DNA from: Octopus bimaculoides
Taxonomy: Eukaryota
Reading direction: 5' to 3'
DNA length: 64,000 nucleotides
Assembly: GCF_001194135.2 (NCBI RefSeq)
Contig: NC_068981.1
Location: forward strand, 119,880,663-119,944,662
Made by a program: the position numbers and the translations under genes. Below are positions 13,291 to 27,000 of this stretch, piece after piece (the stretch's first letter is position 1; every line of letters starts with the position of its first letter). Under the pieces are notes generated by a model. That model saw nothing but the letters and a program-made list of their open reading frames with translations, was not told the DNA's origin and did no database searches.

Positions 13291-13784
13291 TCACTGCATA
13301 AAATAAGAGTTGAGACAATAATATTTTTTCATGTAGGAGGAAAAAAAAAACCTCTTGATTTTTACTGCTGTTATTTCTGCACCTCATGTCTATAATATAT
13401 TGAACAAAACATTTGAAGACAAATATTAGAAAATTTGCATGAACGTACTTAACGCATTTATAGTGACATCCTCGTGCAACAAATAACGTGTTATGGTTCA
13501 CCGTTTTTCTTCATTCGAATATAATGTGGTGTTAAAAAGAATTTTCAGCCCTGTTTTGCCTTACCTTGATCGGACAGTAGCAAAACCTTCACTTCGCTTT
13601 CTTTTCAAACAGAATATTGTGAAAGCAACGCCACAGAATAGAATCGACATTCTACACCACATGACTCTCTTCTTCTCTAGAATAAATTATTCCGAAGCGA
13701 ATTTGATCCAGAACCTTCCCGAGTTCGCCTTAACGGCCGGTATTTAAGCTTTTCATATCCTTTCATTTGCGTGGTTCTAACTAA

Positions 13785-13934
13785 ACCGCGAAGTTCTTGT
13801 CGTCGTTGGCAGTTCTCCTTACTAAGATATCAGGTGACGCTTGTGAGGGTGCTTGGCTTTTCCAACAACTTAGCCTCGCTATCGCCCATGGTAATGCTGC
13901 GAGCGTGCTAGCTTGCTTCAGTAGGTTCCATTGA
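13785..13934 (+). pseudogene. CRE/SLACS-clade non-LTR retrotransposon C-terminal remnant
   Basis: TAKFLSSLAVLLTKISGDACEGAWLFQQLSLAIAHGNAASVLAC resembles the recalled CRE-clade end motif (FQRLS.A..RGNAAS). Confidence 0.7.
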
Positions 13935-14952
13935 ACCTTGCGGTGTGCGACCAATTGAAGCATTTGGTGCTGCATTGATGGGTTTTTTTTCTCTTTCTGC
14001 TCTTTTTCTCTTCTTTTTTCTCTCCTCCGCATTATCTTTTTTTCCGCTATTTTTCTTTTCTTTGTCTTTCTTTGTAAAAACTAATATTATGGAAGAATCG
14101 TGACTATTGTTTAGGATTTGTATTTTAATGTGGTTTCCATGTTTAATCTCTTCTCTGTCAACACTTCAAATGAAGACGGAGGCTGGTATAATTCGATGAT
14201 GGCATCAATTTACAATCATTATTTTCGCCCATCATGCCCCCAGAAACAGCTATTGGACTCCTAAAACTCTTATTCAACTCCTTTAATTCCTGGTATCATT
14301 TCTATTCTGTGTAAGTCGAATNNNNNNNNNNNNNNNNNNNNNNNNNNNNNNNNNNNNNNNNNNNNNNNNNNNNNNNNNNNNNNNNNNNNNNNNNNNNNNN
14401 NNNNNNNNNNNNNNNNNNNNNNNNNNNNNNNNNNNNNNNNNNNNNNNNNNNNNNNNNNNNNNNNNNNNNNNNNNNNNNNNNNNNNNNNNNNNNNNNNNNN
14501 NNNNNNNNNNNNNNNNNNNNNNNNNNNNNNNNNNNNNNNNNNNNNNNNNNNNNNNNNNNNNNNNNNNNNNNNNNATATATATATAACTAGTGACAGCAAA
14601 CGAAAAGATATTTTGTGAGATATTTACGTTGAACTGATCTTAACACAAAGCAGCCTGAATGTTTCCACAAGATTTTTTTCCTTTGTTCTTGAAATTGCAC
14701 TTGGAGATTTAGAACATTCAGCTGTCGACTTCTTGACTATCTTGTGCTATGATCAGTTCAACCTAGATAACCCACAGAATATCTTTTCGTTTGCTGTTGC
14801 CTAGTTAGTTAAAGAATTGCTATAAATACGGAATGCTAAATGTAATTTTTCTATCACTAAATCTCACTTCCTTTTTGGCCTGGTACCTGTAGAGATAACT
14901 TGGTTGCTTTCTTTCTTCAGTACTAACACAGCTAAGATGTGTCGCCCTCTCT

Positions 14953-14986
<34 letters not shown>

Positions 14987-15273
14987 CACGCGCGCGCGCG
15001 CGCATATATATATATATACATATATATATACATATATATATATACATGTATACATATATATACATATATATACATATATATACATATATATACATGTATA
15101 CATATATATATACATGTATACATATATGTATGTATAAAAGTGGTCTGATCAATAAGNNNNNNNNNNNNNNNNNNNNNNNNNNNNNNNNNNNNNNNNNNNN
15201 NNNNNNNNNNNNNNNNNNNNNNNNNNNNNNNNNNNNNNNNNNNNNNNNNNNNNTAAGATGTGTCGCCCTCTCT

Positions 15274-15307
<34 letters not shown>

Positions 15308-15457
15308 CACGCGCGCGCGCGCGCATATATATATATATACATATATATATACATATATATATATACATGTATACATATATATACATATATATACATATAT
15401 ATACATATATATACATGTATACATATATATATACATGTATACATATATGTATGTATA

Positions 15458-16354
15458 AAAGTGGTCTGATCAATAAGTACCCGAACTGTTGCCATAGTAA
15501 CGAAGCTAAAGCACGCAGAGTGAAGTCGCTTGGTACAGATTGACCTTGAATTCTGTAGTGGATGCGCACTAAGTTTTAACGTTCTAGCCTACGTCGGTGC
15601 TTACACCAGTGTTTGGAAGGAAGGTGTGTAGCGTTTGGTCGTCGCATTGGGAATGACAGAGAAAGTTGTGCAGAGAACCTGCATCAAATTTTGCCAAAGG
15701 CTTGGTGATACCTGCTCAGGGGCATACGAAAAGTTTTCAAGAAGTTTTCATCGTTCTCAACACAATCAATCAAGATCTTGTGCAACTGAAACCCGAGTGT
15801 TGTCTTTTTGGTCAGCTGAAAGCAGTTTTGGCACAAACTTGGCAGACACACGTATTATACCCACATCTTTAGTGATAATGGACTGAACTGAACTGTAACT
15901 AATCTGCACATCCTCTGATAAATCACAGGTGATGATTGGACGGTTTCACCTCACAGCTGCACGCACATCTGCGAGATTTTTCTCATTTCTACTGGTTGCG
16001 GCTCTCACAGAACGTTCGTCAATATCGAAATTTTTCGGCAATCTTGGAAACGTTTGAACCATCCATACACTTGTGTGCGGCTCATACACTCCCCTCTATA
16101 CACTTTCTGCAGTTACTTTGCGTAGGCCTCTGAGCAGGTATCACCATGACAACTTTCTCTGTCATGAGCAATGTGACGATCACACGATACACACCTTCCT
16201 TCCAAGTACTGCTGTAAACAGTAGAAGTGAGCCAGAACGTTAAAACTTAATGCGCATGCACACCAGAGATCAAGGTCAATTTGTGCCAAGCGGCTTCACT
16301 CTGCGTGCTTTAGCTTTGTTACTATGGCAACAGACTTGATACTTATTTATCAGA

Positions 16355-16359
<5 letters not shown>
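15458..16359. mobile_element. Mariner-derived foldback element, second copy
   Basis: Same TIRs and same inversion junction as 6092-6720. The longer minus arm reaches RVSAKFVPKLLSADQK. Confidence 0.85.
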
Positions 16360-16398
<39 letters not shown>

Positions 16399-16434
16399 TG
16401 ATCAGACCATGAATATACACACACACACACACAT

Positions 16435-16541
<107 letters not shown>

Positions 16542-16699
16542 ATCCATATATATGTGTATACACACACATTCACATACACACATGCGTACACGCACGCACA
16601 CATACACACACATACACTCATGCAACATATCAACATATTTGTATGTATGTATGTATGTATGTATGTATGTATGTATGTATGTATGTATTTAATCGGCTA

Positions 16700-18175
16700 A
16701 CAATGTGGATATGCCCCTCTGTCATCCCGGAGAGGCAGTGTAGTTTTAGATCAAGTCGTGGCATAATGGACATGATTTTTTTCTGCTCGTCAACTTCAAG
16801 AGAAATGCATCGAACATCGCATAGCTCTTTACTAGGTATTTGTCGATTTTACAAAAGCCTTCGACACTGTTAAGAGGACCGTTCTCTGGACCATTCTTGG
16901 TAAACTTGGATGTCCACCTCAATTTGTCAACTTGTTTAAGCAACTTCATAGTGATATGAAAGCTCGTCTTAACTTCAATAGATCACTGTCGGAACCAATT
17001 TCCATCGATAACGGAGTTAAACAAGGTGATATTGCTACTCCAACACTCTTTTCCATATATTTTGCTGTAACTATCTAGAACGCTTTCCAAGACTGTGAAA
17101 TCGGTGTCTATATTCGCTTCAGAACCACAGGTAAGGTCTTTGATGTTAAATGCTTTAATGCAAAATCGAAGACATTCCAGGCCCTTATTCGTGAGCTCCT
17201 TTATGCTGATGATGTAGTTCTCGTTGCTCACACCGAGGAGGACATACAGGCTATATTGGATCTCTTCTCCAGAGCTTGTATTGGTTTTGGACTTACCATC
17301 GGTCTAAAGAAAACAAACATCATGTTCTCTCAGCCACCAAGCCAACTCTATGTGGAACCTAACATCTTTATCTAGGGTACAAGATTAGATGGGGATGACT
17401 CGTTCATCTATCTTGGCAGCACTCTCTCTAGAGATGGTTCTCTTGATTCTGAAATAAACCTGAGAATTGAAAAGGCCAGCAAAGCATTTGGAAGACTTGA
17501 AAATCGTGTGTGGTCTGATAGAGGTATCACCTTCAAAACCAAGCTTAGTATCTATGAATCTTGCATTTTAACGGTCCTCCTGTACTCTTCTGAGACCTGA
17601 ACGACATAGAAAGATTCCATCAGGCATGCCTAAGGAGGATACTGGACATCAAATGGAAGTCTTTAACACCAGACACCGTTGTTCTTCAGCAAGCTAACAC
17701 ATCCTGTATTGAAATGATCCTCATATGCAATCAGATGCGTTGGGTTGGGCACCTTGCTAGGATGCAGGATGACAAGTTGCCAAAGCAGTTGTTTTACGGG
17801 GAGTTGCAGCATGACAAACGTCCAAGACATGAAACTCAGAAACGTTTTAGGGATGCTGTCAAAAGCAACCTTAAGGCTCTTAATGTGAAAGTTGAAGACT
17901 GGGTGCAGATGACGCAAGATCGATCAGTTTGGAAACAAATGATTTACAATAGATGTAAAGCATTTGAAGCTCGAGGAATTGAAAATCTATCTTGAAACGA
18001 GTACTTCATAGACAGAATTTAATTACAATCCCAGATACTTTGCTGCTTAAAAATATTTATAAGATCTGCAGTAGAGTTTGTTTGTCAAGAGCAGGACTTG
18101 CTAGTCATATAATATCTCATGGCAGTATTTATTAATTGAAGAAATGGCCTTCTTCTGTAAAGAAGCGGCAATCAT
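16700..18175 (+). mobile_element. RTE-clade LINE, 5'-truncated RT and C-terminus with stops
   Basis: FVDFTKAFDTV, NGVKQGD, LLYADD, YLGS, MRWVGHLARMQDDKLPKQLFYGEL. Confidence 0.95.
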
Positions 18176-18632
18176 CATGTATGTATATACTAATGCAATA
18201 ATTGACCCATTGTTAAGATGGCTAATGTAAGGTTAATGCGGTTAAGATGGCTAATGTGGGGTTAATGCAGTTAAGATGGCCTTGTGTATACATATAATTA
18301 CACATGCAGACATATACACTCCCTACATTCATGAGTACACTAATAAACTCATACACATACATATGTATAGGTACTTATATATACATACGTACATACATAC
18401 ATATATTCACACACATAAATGTACATCTATTCTTATGCACATGTATACACACACACACATACCTATAAAAGTGCAAGCACACGTCTATATTTATATGTAA
18501 GTATTCATTCATAAGGTATAAGTGTATAAAATGGAGGAGAGGAAATATACTAATCTAGCGTGGTGCATTGTTGATACCACTTGATCTACACTCGCGGATC
18601 GAAACAGATTCACTAAACAGAGTATTGCATCA

Positions 18633-19720
18633 TAAATATAATGGATATAATATAATATAATATAATATAATATAATATAATGTAATATAATATAACGTAA
18701 TGTAATATAATATAATATAATGTAATGTAATATAATATAATATAATATAATGTAAAGTAATATAATATAATATAATATAATATAATATAATATAATGTAA
18801 TATAATATAATGTAATGTAATATAATATAATATAATATAATATAATGTAATGTAATATAATATAATATAATATAATATAATATAATGTAATGTAATATAA
18901 TATAATATAATGTAATGTAATACAATATAATATAATATAATATAATATAATATAATGTAATGTAATATAATATAATGTAATGTAATGTAATATAATATAA
19001 TATAATATAATGTAATGTAATATAATATAATATAATATAATAACATATAATATACTATAATATAATGTAATGTAATGTAATATAATGTAATATAATATAA
19101 TGTAATGTAATATAATATAATGTAATGTAATATANNNNNNNNNNNNNNNNNNNNNNNNNNNNNNNNNNNNNNNNNNNNNNNNNNNNNNNNNNNNNNNNNN
19201 NNNNNNNNNNNNNNNNNNNNNNNNNNNNNNNNNNNNNNNNNNNNNNNNNNNNNNNNNNNNNNNNNNNNNNNNNNNNNNNNNNNNNNNNNNNNNNNNNNNN
19301 NNNNNNNNNNNNNNNNNNNNNNNNNNNNNNNNNNNNNNNNNNNNNNNNNNNNNNNNNNNNNNNNNNATAATATAATATAATATAATGTAATGTAATATAA
19401 TATAATGTAATGTAATGTAATATAATATAATATAATATAATGTAATGTAATATAATATAATATAATATAATAACATATAATATACTATAATATAATGTAA
19501 TGTAATGTAATATAATGTAATATAATATAATGTAATGTAATATAATATAATGTAATGTAATATATTATAATATAATATAATATAATATAATATAATATAA
19601 TATAATATAATATAATGTAATGTAATGTAATATAATGTAATATAATATAATGTAATGTAATATAATATAATGTAATGTAATATAATATAATATAATGTAA
19701 TATAATATAATATAATATAA
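18633..19720. repeat. Compound (TATAA/TGTAA)n pentanucleotide satellite interrupted by an N-gap
   Basis: 5-bp periodicity visible directly; gap at 19135-19366. Confidence 0.97.
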
Positions 19721-19759
19721 AATCTATATTGAGCCTGTCGACTGCACCGTTGTGGGTAT

Positions 19760-20400
19760 TCAGTGCATGCTATTAATAAATGGAAGTAGTTTTCTTTTCT
19801 GAGTAGTTGCTTCAAAGTTCCCAGAACCTCTCGCTAGTACTACAAGCACTCTCTCCTATGTGTCATGGGAGTCAACCAAAGTCCCTTCTAGGCACCTCGT
19901 GTGACGTACCATATTTCTAATCTTATAGTTGATATATAAGTCTCTGGGACATTTTTTCAGCCTCTTTCACAGGTGTGCTTGTCAAAGAGACAGAAGTTAG
20001 AGAGAGATAATTTAATAGATTTACCTTTTTTCCTACAACTTTGATTTTAAGTTTAGATTCTTGGATATCGATCTTCTCTGCCTAGAATAACTGGAGGGTC
20101 TGTAATAATGGAGCTGTGTCTTGTTGATGTGCAGAAATAGCAACTGAACCTGAAGAAACACCCAGATCTCTAACCTACACTCACTATAATGTTATTCCAG
20201 AGATCCTTTGGAAGAACCCCATTTCAGCCTCTTATATTCATGATGATACTCTTTTATGCTGTGAAGAATGACATTGGCCATTCTAAATTTATTAGCTCAT
20301 TCACTGTTGAGTAAATTCCTCTATAACTATTATGCTATCAAACATATTATCATCAAAAAGTATTGCTCTTGGCTGTCTTATTGCTCCTGGCAATCTTATT
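19760..20400 (-). mobile_element. Highly decayed CR1/L2-like LINE fragment
   Basis: Minus strand shows GVPQGS-like and VRDLGV-like remnants. Confidence 0.4.
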
Positions 20401-20419
20401 CCAAACTTATAACAATATA

Positions 20420-23260
20420 GTCGACATGGCCCTTCAACTTACTTATTTCAGTTGTTAGACTACTGCCATACCGGGGCACCGCCTTAAATAATTTTTTAGT
20501 TGAATGAATCGATCCTAGTACTAATTATCTTTTTAAGCCTGGTATTTATTCTATTGCTCAGTTTTGCCAAACTGCTAAGTTACGGGGACGAAAACACACC
20601 AACACCGGTTACCAAGCGTTTGTTGTGGGAACGGGACAAACGTTAACACACACATAGATATATATCTATATACGATGAGCTTCTTTTAGTTTCCACCTAC
20701 CAAATACACTCACTAAGCTTTGGTCGGCCCAAGGTTATACTAGAATGTTGTGGCAAGTGTCATGACATCTCCTGTGAGAATGGACTAGCCGAACTCGTAT
20801 TAGTAGCAGCGTGTTTGATTGAGAGAGGAAAGATGAGGAATCGCAGGAAGTCGAAAGATGTTCGTTCGTGGAGTCGCAGGAAATTGTTGACAAGTTGTTA
20901 TAGTTCGTTGAGAGTTGTTTTGGATTGGTTACAGTTGTTGGCAGAGTATTTGGGAATACATCAAGTGGAGACAGTTGATATCTACCCCGTTTTCGTAGTA
21001 TCGTATATCACATAGCTATAAGTCTACGTTATAAAAGTGGCATACAGCGCCACGATTCAAAAATGGCGACGAGGGTACCTACGTTACAACAATTGGCGAC
21101 GAGTGATTCGAAGCTTACGTTGGTAGTCATTAACAATTTTTATTATACAAAATATTCGTTAATTATGAAACCTATTAGTTGACATATTACAGCGGCAAAT
21201 GCAATAGCAACAGCAGCAACAGAAGTTGCACCAACACAATCAGTTGCTGGAACTGATGCTGAAGTCGGGAAATACCGCAAGTTCGTTTTCACCAGACAGC
21301 GTAGCGAATGCTTTAACTGAATTTAGTTATAACCCAGAAAAGAGTATAACTTTTTCGGCGTACTTCAGAAGATACGAAGAAATCTTCAAGGAATAATGCA
21401 AGTGTTGGACAGACGATGAGAAAGTGAGACTACTGTTATGGAAATTAGGTCCTTCAGAACATGAAAAATACTGCAATTTTATCTTGACTAAATAAACAAG
21501 TGAAATATGTTTCGATGAACAATTGAATTGCTATCCAAAATGTTCAGCAACAAGAGTTCCCTGTTTAATACTCGCTGGAAGTGTTTGAGCTTAGTAAAAG
21601 AAGAGGGCGAAGATTTTGTCAGTTATGCCGGAATCGTAAATAAAGTGTACGAAAAATTCAAACTGAAGGAATTATCTCCGGACATGTTTAAATGCCTCAT
21701 CTTTGTACATGGTTTGACGGTAAACGAAGATGTAGAAATACGTGCACGGATTCCTACAAAACAAGAACAGGAAGACCAGTATTTAACCCTGCAGGTAGTA
21801 GCAGTGGAATGTCAAAGAATTATCAACTTGCGACAGGATGTCAAGAAAATTGAAGAAAAAAATTTCCCTCAAGTCCAGACATTTCGGCCGGGAATAAATT
21901 TTAAAAAAAGGATGTTATGACAAAATCCATGCTATGGGTGTGGAGTTCTGCATTTTAAGAAAGACTGTCCATTTAAATTTCGGAAATGTTTTAGTTGTCA
22001 AAAAATAGGACATAAAAGCTCGCACTGCACAGCGAAGCGAAAAAGGTCGGAGAAAAAAATTGTTCTAAAAGGGTTTGTTCAACGGGAAGTCGTGACAACA
22101 CCCCAAAAAGAAAGTATATGAATGTAAAAATAAACGATGAAAACATGGTATGCAATCAATCACATCTCTACTCCACCGTACCATCCGAGATCAAATGGGC
22201 AAGCAGAAAGGTTCGTAGACACATTTAAGCGAGCATTAAAAAAAATCAGGAAATTAATTAGGCAATGATGCAGCAATCACTCAGTTCTTAAGGGTTTGCA
22301 GGGTAACACCTAATCTAAACATCTGTTCAGGTCAGTCGCCCGCAGAGCTAATGTTTTCCCGGAAGATAAAATTATTTTTTTATAAATTGTCACCTACAAA
22401 AAAATACTTATAAGGGAAAACCCAAGAAACACAACAAAGTATTTTAATGTGGGAGATAAAGTTCATTTAAAAATATATAATAATGGAAGAAAGGTTGGGG
22501 GGGGACAATATAGGGACGAAAAGAAAAGGCAGTATGATGTAAATAAAAGGTCAAATGGGAGAGCACAAACGACATTTGAACCATTTGAAGAGTAGACATA
22601 CTGAAAAAAGAGAAATACCAATGGAAGTTTGTTATGACTTTTTCGATGTTCCAACGCCAAAAGAACTTAGGTGGATCAGCAATAGAAAACGTAAACAAAC
22701 AGAACAACTAGAAATAGTCCCTAAACGAAAGAAGAATTAAAACTCCTGAGGAAATTAAAATCTCAAAAAAAGGGAGAAATGATGATGAAAAATTAGAATA
22801 AAATTAAATAAACAATTTGCACTTCCAACAGAAGTCAAATCTCAAAAGAGGAGATGTGACAAGTGTCATGACACCCCCTGTGAGAATGGACTAGCCAAAC
22901 TAATATTAGTAGCAGCGTGTTTGACTGAGAGAGGAAAGATGAGGAATCGCAGGAAATTGAAAAGTGTTCGTGAGTTCGTGGAGTCACAGGGAATTGTTGA
23001 GAGTTGTTTTGGATTGGTTACAGTTGTTGTCAGAGTATTTGGGAATACATCAAATGGAGACAGCTGGTCTCTACCCCGTTTCTGTAGTATCGTATATCCT
23101 ACGTTATAAAAGTGGCATACAAGTGCCAAGATACAAAAGTGGCGACGAGGATATCTATGTTACAACATAGAAGACACTTGCCCAAGATACCACGCAGTGA
23201 GACTCAGCCTGAGACCACATGGTTGGGAAGCAAACTTCTTACCACACAGATCTGCCTGCA
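20420..23260 (-). mobile_element. tRNA-derived SINE, family A, split by the LTR element
   Basis: SINE reads ...GGCCCAAGGTTATACTAGAA| and resumes |TAGAAGACACTTGCCCAAG. Confidence 0.85.
20746..23167 (+). mobile_element. Internally deleted Ty3/gypsy (Mag-like) LTR retrotransposon
   Basis: 5' LTR 20746-21091, PBS TGGCGACGAG 21094-21103, decayed gag (LFNTRWKCLSLVK...FKCLIFVHGL) with two CCHC knuckles, integrase tail (PYHPRSNGQAERFVDTFK), PPT 22844-22854, 3' LTR 22855-23167, TSD TAGAA. PR/RT/RH absent. Confidence 0.93.
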
Positions 23261-24553
23261 TAATTTTTAAAATATCATCGAACCTTTTCTTTATTCCTTT
23301 ATTTCTACTAACAGCTACATCCAGGAGATAAAATGCTGTTTTCACCATTCTTAGGACTGACACAAAGGTGAAACATTCATAATCACTCTTAAGAAGTCTA
23401 CCACTAAGATTTTCATTTTGGCAGTACCAACATTGCAGTGTTATTCTTGATTACCAATGGCTTTTCTGTAAAGTGAGTGAAGTATGTATTGTTTGGGTGT
23501 TCTGTTAATGGTGATGTTTTCTCTCCATAACTCACTATCCAGTACTGGTGAACAATTATCTTGGGTGCCTAGAGCTTTACTCAGTCATTACATTTATAAG
23601 GAATGGAATTTGCTAAGGGTTTAATGTACTCATTGCATGTTCTTCATTGACATAGTTGTTAGTATCAAGAATTATGAATTTAAAAAACAAGTTAATGTCA
23701 TCTACATGCTAAGAGTACAATGCTAGATTAATGCTGAGCTATTTTCTGTCTAAACTTCCTATTCCATCATACCATAAATAGGTTGGCAACGTTCCCAAAA
23801 TTCCAATTCTGATTGTTCTGCCCTTCATTTGTGTGATGTCAACTTTAAACAATTTACTATAGCTTTAAGACCGATACAATTGCATGTACATGAAGTGACT
23901 CAGAAATATCTCTCACATCAGAACCTCTTTGTCTATAGATCTGTTTGGAGTTAAAGGCCAACTCCATAGAGTATACAGTTTAACTCCAGTAAAATTTGAC
24001 TTTAAGGTGGTAAAGCATTGCCAAAGATAGCTCAGAGAAGTATCACTGATAACCATTTGAGAAAACGTAAATACCCTGAAGTAAATTGGAAGTCTTATTT
24101 GATCACTCAGTCTACTAAAAGTAGCAGCCAAATCTCCTTAAAATTACACCACCACTATCTTCAATAAAAATACATTAGACAAATAAAACAGGATAAGTTT
24201 AAGCAAAGGAAGTCCAAATGCAGTTCCTTAACTTACTAAAGATAACAGCTAAATCTCCCTTAAATCACTTCCAACCCTCTTTAAAAAAAAAAAAAAAGGA
24301 AGGATACAATGAATAGTGTTGTCCTAGATAGACATCTGGAAAAAAACAGTTTGAGATGTTAACAGCTGGAAAGCTTTTGATCATAGGTCGACTCCATAAT
24401 GGCTAACATGTAGTTGCACAAACAACTTCATCATCAACCTGAAAAGTACATTATGGCCTTTATCCATTACTGATATTTTGTATTATTTGAAGTACCTTCT
24501 AAATCTTTATATCCTCAAATAATTTTGTTTTCATAACAGTGTAACATGATTTT

Positions 24554-24997
24554 TGCCCTTGGGTAGCAGCTGTTATTTCCTATCTACTTACCCCTTAGAA
24601 AGTATGAAAAATAGCTAATATTTCCTTCAAATTTTGCTTTTCTTACATTTATTCAAACCCCAAAGAATCCTTCTTAACACATGGCAATGATGCTCCCCCA
24701 CTACTCCTGTTCATGATCAGAGATGCACATATTGTCAGCCACTAAGTGACATGCTCAAGTGGTTACAGTCAAGGAATTGACATGCAAACCTGTGGTATCG
24801 AGTTGAATATTTGCTATAACAATATTTCTTCTTCAGCAACTCAGGGCTGAATCTGTCTGAAATGTAATGGAAAACAGGTTAGTTTCAAAAATTTGATGTC
24901 CAGGTGACAAAAGCAAAGTTTGAAGGGAATAGCAGTCATTTTCTTTGATTTCTAGACAGAAGCAACTAGGAAATAACACTTACTGACCAAAGACACA
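24554..24997. mobile_element. Unclassified MITE, family D
   Basis: Imperfect TIRs of about 35 bp (CCTTGGGTAGCAGCTGTTATTTCCTA); second copy at 46433-47100. Confidence 0.7.
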
Positions 24998-25374
24998 CGA
25001 AAGAAACAAAAATTTTGTTACACAGCGTAGTGTTTTTAATATACTTATCTTTGTTTAGTTATAAATGATATATTCATATTAAGTAGCATAAACCGCAATT
25101 ATTCATTTAAAAAAATCCTTCTGTCTTTGGCCGATAGATTATATTCTACAGTCAACCTGTTAACTCTTTGAAGGTAAAATCTATTGGCATTTCTACACTT
25201 AAAATAAAACCATTTTTATAAAATACAAAAGAAGATCAATGTGTTATTTAAAATCATTTAAAAGAAATATCTGCTTCTAATAGACAGTGTGTGCATATAT
25301 GCATACACACACATATATAAATACATACATATAGTATGTAGATGAAGTTACTATGCAAGCTGTGTCTTCAGGAA

Positions 25375-25408
<34 letters not shown>

Positions 25409-26968
25409 TTTTTCAATATATCCTGCAATAACATTGCATTATAATAATCTGTGTGCAAATATATGTATGTATGTATAAACATGAGGCCAGGTAGTATAAG
25501 AGATGAATGTATTTATCTAATCACTTGCTATCCTTAGGATTATGGCTGTTTCAAACCCTTCTTCATGTAGTATTATCAGTGTAATAAAATTGCTTACATT
25601 TGCATTAATATGCATTATACAATACAGTTGTGTATTTATAAATCAATGCAAATAAAGAAAGCTAGCTCATCAAATCACCAAAACATCATGATTACATCAA
25701 CGATTAAAATCTCTATGGGTTGAATCATTGGTGTTATCATGATGTTCTAGTGATCTGATGAGCTAGATTCCTTCATTTACGTTGATTTGTGAATATACAA
25801 TTGTATTTCATAATGCATAGCATGCATATTAAAGCAAACATAATTTTATTTCACACTGATATTATTACTATATGAAAAGAGCTGCAAAACAGCTGTAATT
25901 CTAAGGATGTCAGGTGGCTGAATAAATATATTCTTCTCTCATACCTCTTGACTTTTTTTTTGATTTATACACTTCTAATGAAGTAATTTCATTGATCAGA
26001 TGTTCTGGATTTCAGCTGCATGAATACTCTGCATTACACTTCTCTGTATTGGTACTATGTGGTCTGATAGTTGTGTCCATTAGGAGAGCTTTCTGTGATA
26101 GCCACACAATTCTCTGAATCCACATCTTATACTACAAATATAACTGCAGAAATGAGTTGCAACATCACTGGTGCCAAGCTGTATCAGCCTTTGCCTTTCT
26201 CTTGGGTAACATTGGTGGCAAGGAGAGGGGAGGCTGGTATGCACGGACGACTGCTGGTCTTCCAAAAACAACCCTGCCCAGACTTGTACCTCTGAAGGCA
26301 ACTTTCTAGGTGCCATCCCATGGTCATTCATGACCAAAGGGGGTCTTTATCTTTTTATATATGTATATATAGAGAGAGACACACAGACAGACATAGTATA
26401 CACACACACTACAGATCAGAGAAGTCAGCTAACAACACCATTTCTCCAAAAGATTCTTGAAGAGGGCCTAATGTTGAAATATTGAAATACCAGGTGAAAA
26501 TTCAAACCATCAACTTGTATTATTAGTTTTTTAAACTTGCTGTTTTGGCTTTAAAAAATGGTATATAATGTCAAGTCACTCTTGAGTGCTATTGGCATTA
26601 TTTAACCCAGTACAACCTGTCCCATGCTCAGGTCATCAACAACTAAACCAGCAACCCCATCAAGAATGCTTGGTGAGGAGAGTGATTACTGGCTATCTTG
26701 CAGGATGATAAACAAGATCCATCAAAGGGCAGAGGAATTCATGAGAGTCAACAGCTATTCAATCGAGGTCTGCTGTTCAGCCTTGTGCCTTAGTTGCACC
26801 AACTGTTGCTATCAGCAATGTCAAAAGGGATGAATGGTCCCACTCAAGCCATTACTACTTTAAACAAGTTACTTGTGTGGATTGTCCAAGGGATTTGCTT
26901 ACTCCACTTTTTATTAAGATCCTGAAAAAGGAAAAAAGGAAAATTCATTGGCCCCAGTGCCTCAAATA

Positions 26969-27000
<32 letters not shown>

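Noticed and set aside
14933-15477. Exact 224-bp tandem duplication (14933-15156 and 15254-15477)
   Set aside because: Identical through hypervariable microsatellite and separated only by an N-gap, so most likely an unmerged contig overlap.
18212-18280. 29-bp repeat of about 2.4 units
   Set aside because: Too few units and no spacers; an ordinary minisatellite. No CRISPR array or rRNA is present in the window.
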